Of a stretch of DNA of 64,000 bases, positions 63,872-64,000 are shown piece after piece. Under the pieces are notes generated by a model. The model was not told the origin of the DNA, searched no databases, and saw nothing but the letters and a program-made list of their open reading frames with translations. The DNA is from a virus (lineage: Duplodnaviria; Heunggongvirae; Uroviricota; Caudoviricetes), in IMG/VR virus record IMGVR_UViG_3300031344_000001. One strand, written 5' to 3'. The position numbers were made by a program, and so were the translations under genes. The stretch's first letter is position 1. Every line of letters begins with the position of its first letter.

Positions 63872-64000
63872 ATGACTGAGACTGAGACCAAGCCCGCGGA
63901 GCCGATCGCTTTGTTCGACCTGGACGGGAGCCTCGCGGATTTCGACGCTTCGATGCAGCGCAAGCTCGCGGAGCTGCGCAGCCCCGGCGAAGATCCGGCG
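63872..64000 (+). CDS. Partial CDS (3' end outside window): HAD-like 5'(3')-deoxyribonucleotidase (NT5C-like)
   Basis: GGAGG RBS; N-term ALFDLDGSLADFD matches the DxDGxL-adf pattern I recall for NT5C. Confidence 0.45.
   Translation, partial: MTETETKPAEPIALFDLDGSLADFDASMQRKLAELRSPGEDPA

Overview
The window is very GC-rich (about 68-70%) and almost entirely coding. It reads like part of a large phage, prophage or other mobile element from a high-GC bacterium (Myxococcota- or Actinobacteria-like), not a housekeeping chromosome. There are roughly 130 ORFs, mostly small (30-200 aa), many Cys-rich zinc-ribbon proteins, and pervasive 4-nt ATGA/GTGA stop/start overlaps (translational coupling). Strand layout: a plus-strand block at 1..5854 (continued by the plus block at 57921..64000 if the element is circularly permuted); a minus block at 6423..10637; one plus-strand gene at 10835..12172; and a roughly 45-kb minus-strand run of about 100 genes at 12181..57761, ending at a divergent promoter region around 57.8-57.9 kb. 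No capsid, portal, terminase or tail genes are recognisable. Recognisable functions are regulation, RNA and nucleotide repair, nucleotide or DNA modification, and partition and replication. Regulation: a sigma-70 family factor with a long N-terminal extension, winged-helix (wHTH) regulators, an ImmA/IrrE-like HExxH protease and a resolvase-type HTH fragment. Repair: an RNA ligase (KxDG motif), two calcineurin-like metallophosphoesterases, a PNKP-like HAD phosphatase and an NT5C-like nucleotidase. Modification: a radical SAM enzyme, two tandem DUF616-like glycosyltransferases, a GNAT-like protein and an SLOG-family protein. Partition and replication: ParB-like proteins and a Rep-like protein with tandem wHTH domains. 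Also present are a full-length DnaJ, an SPFH/band-7 protein followed by small coupled ORFs and a standalone ABC-type ATPase, and a vWA protein. The most unusual signal is a conserved peptide motif, K-K-T-x-A-Q-L-D-[RA]-E-I-A-x-A-L, found in at least nine otherwise unrelated small minus-strand proteins between 6.4 and 20.7 kb (N-terminal, internal or C-terminal). One of them also carries a 30-residue pure Asp/Glu tract. Other oddities are a G-rich microsatellite spacer upstream of the sigma gene, a repeated ~90-nt noncoding element upstream of two minus-strand operon heads, a 7-bp tandem duplication that frameshifts a 3-TM membrane protein gene, and a ~50-bp imperfect direct repeat.
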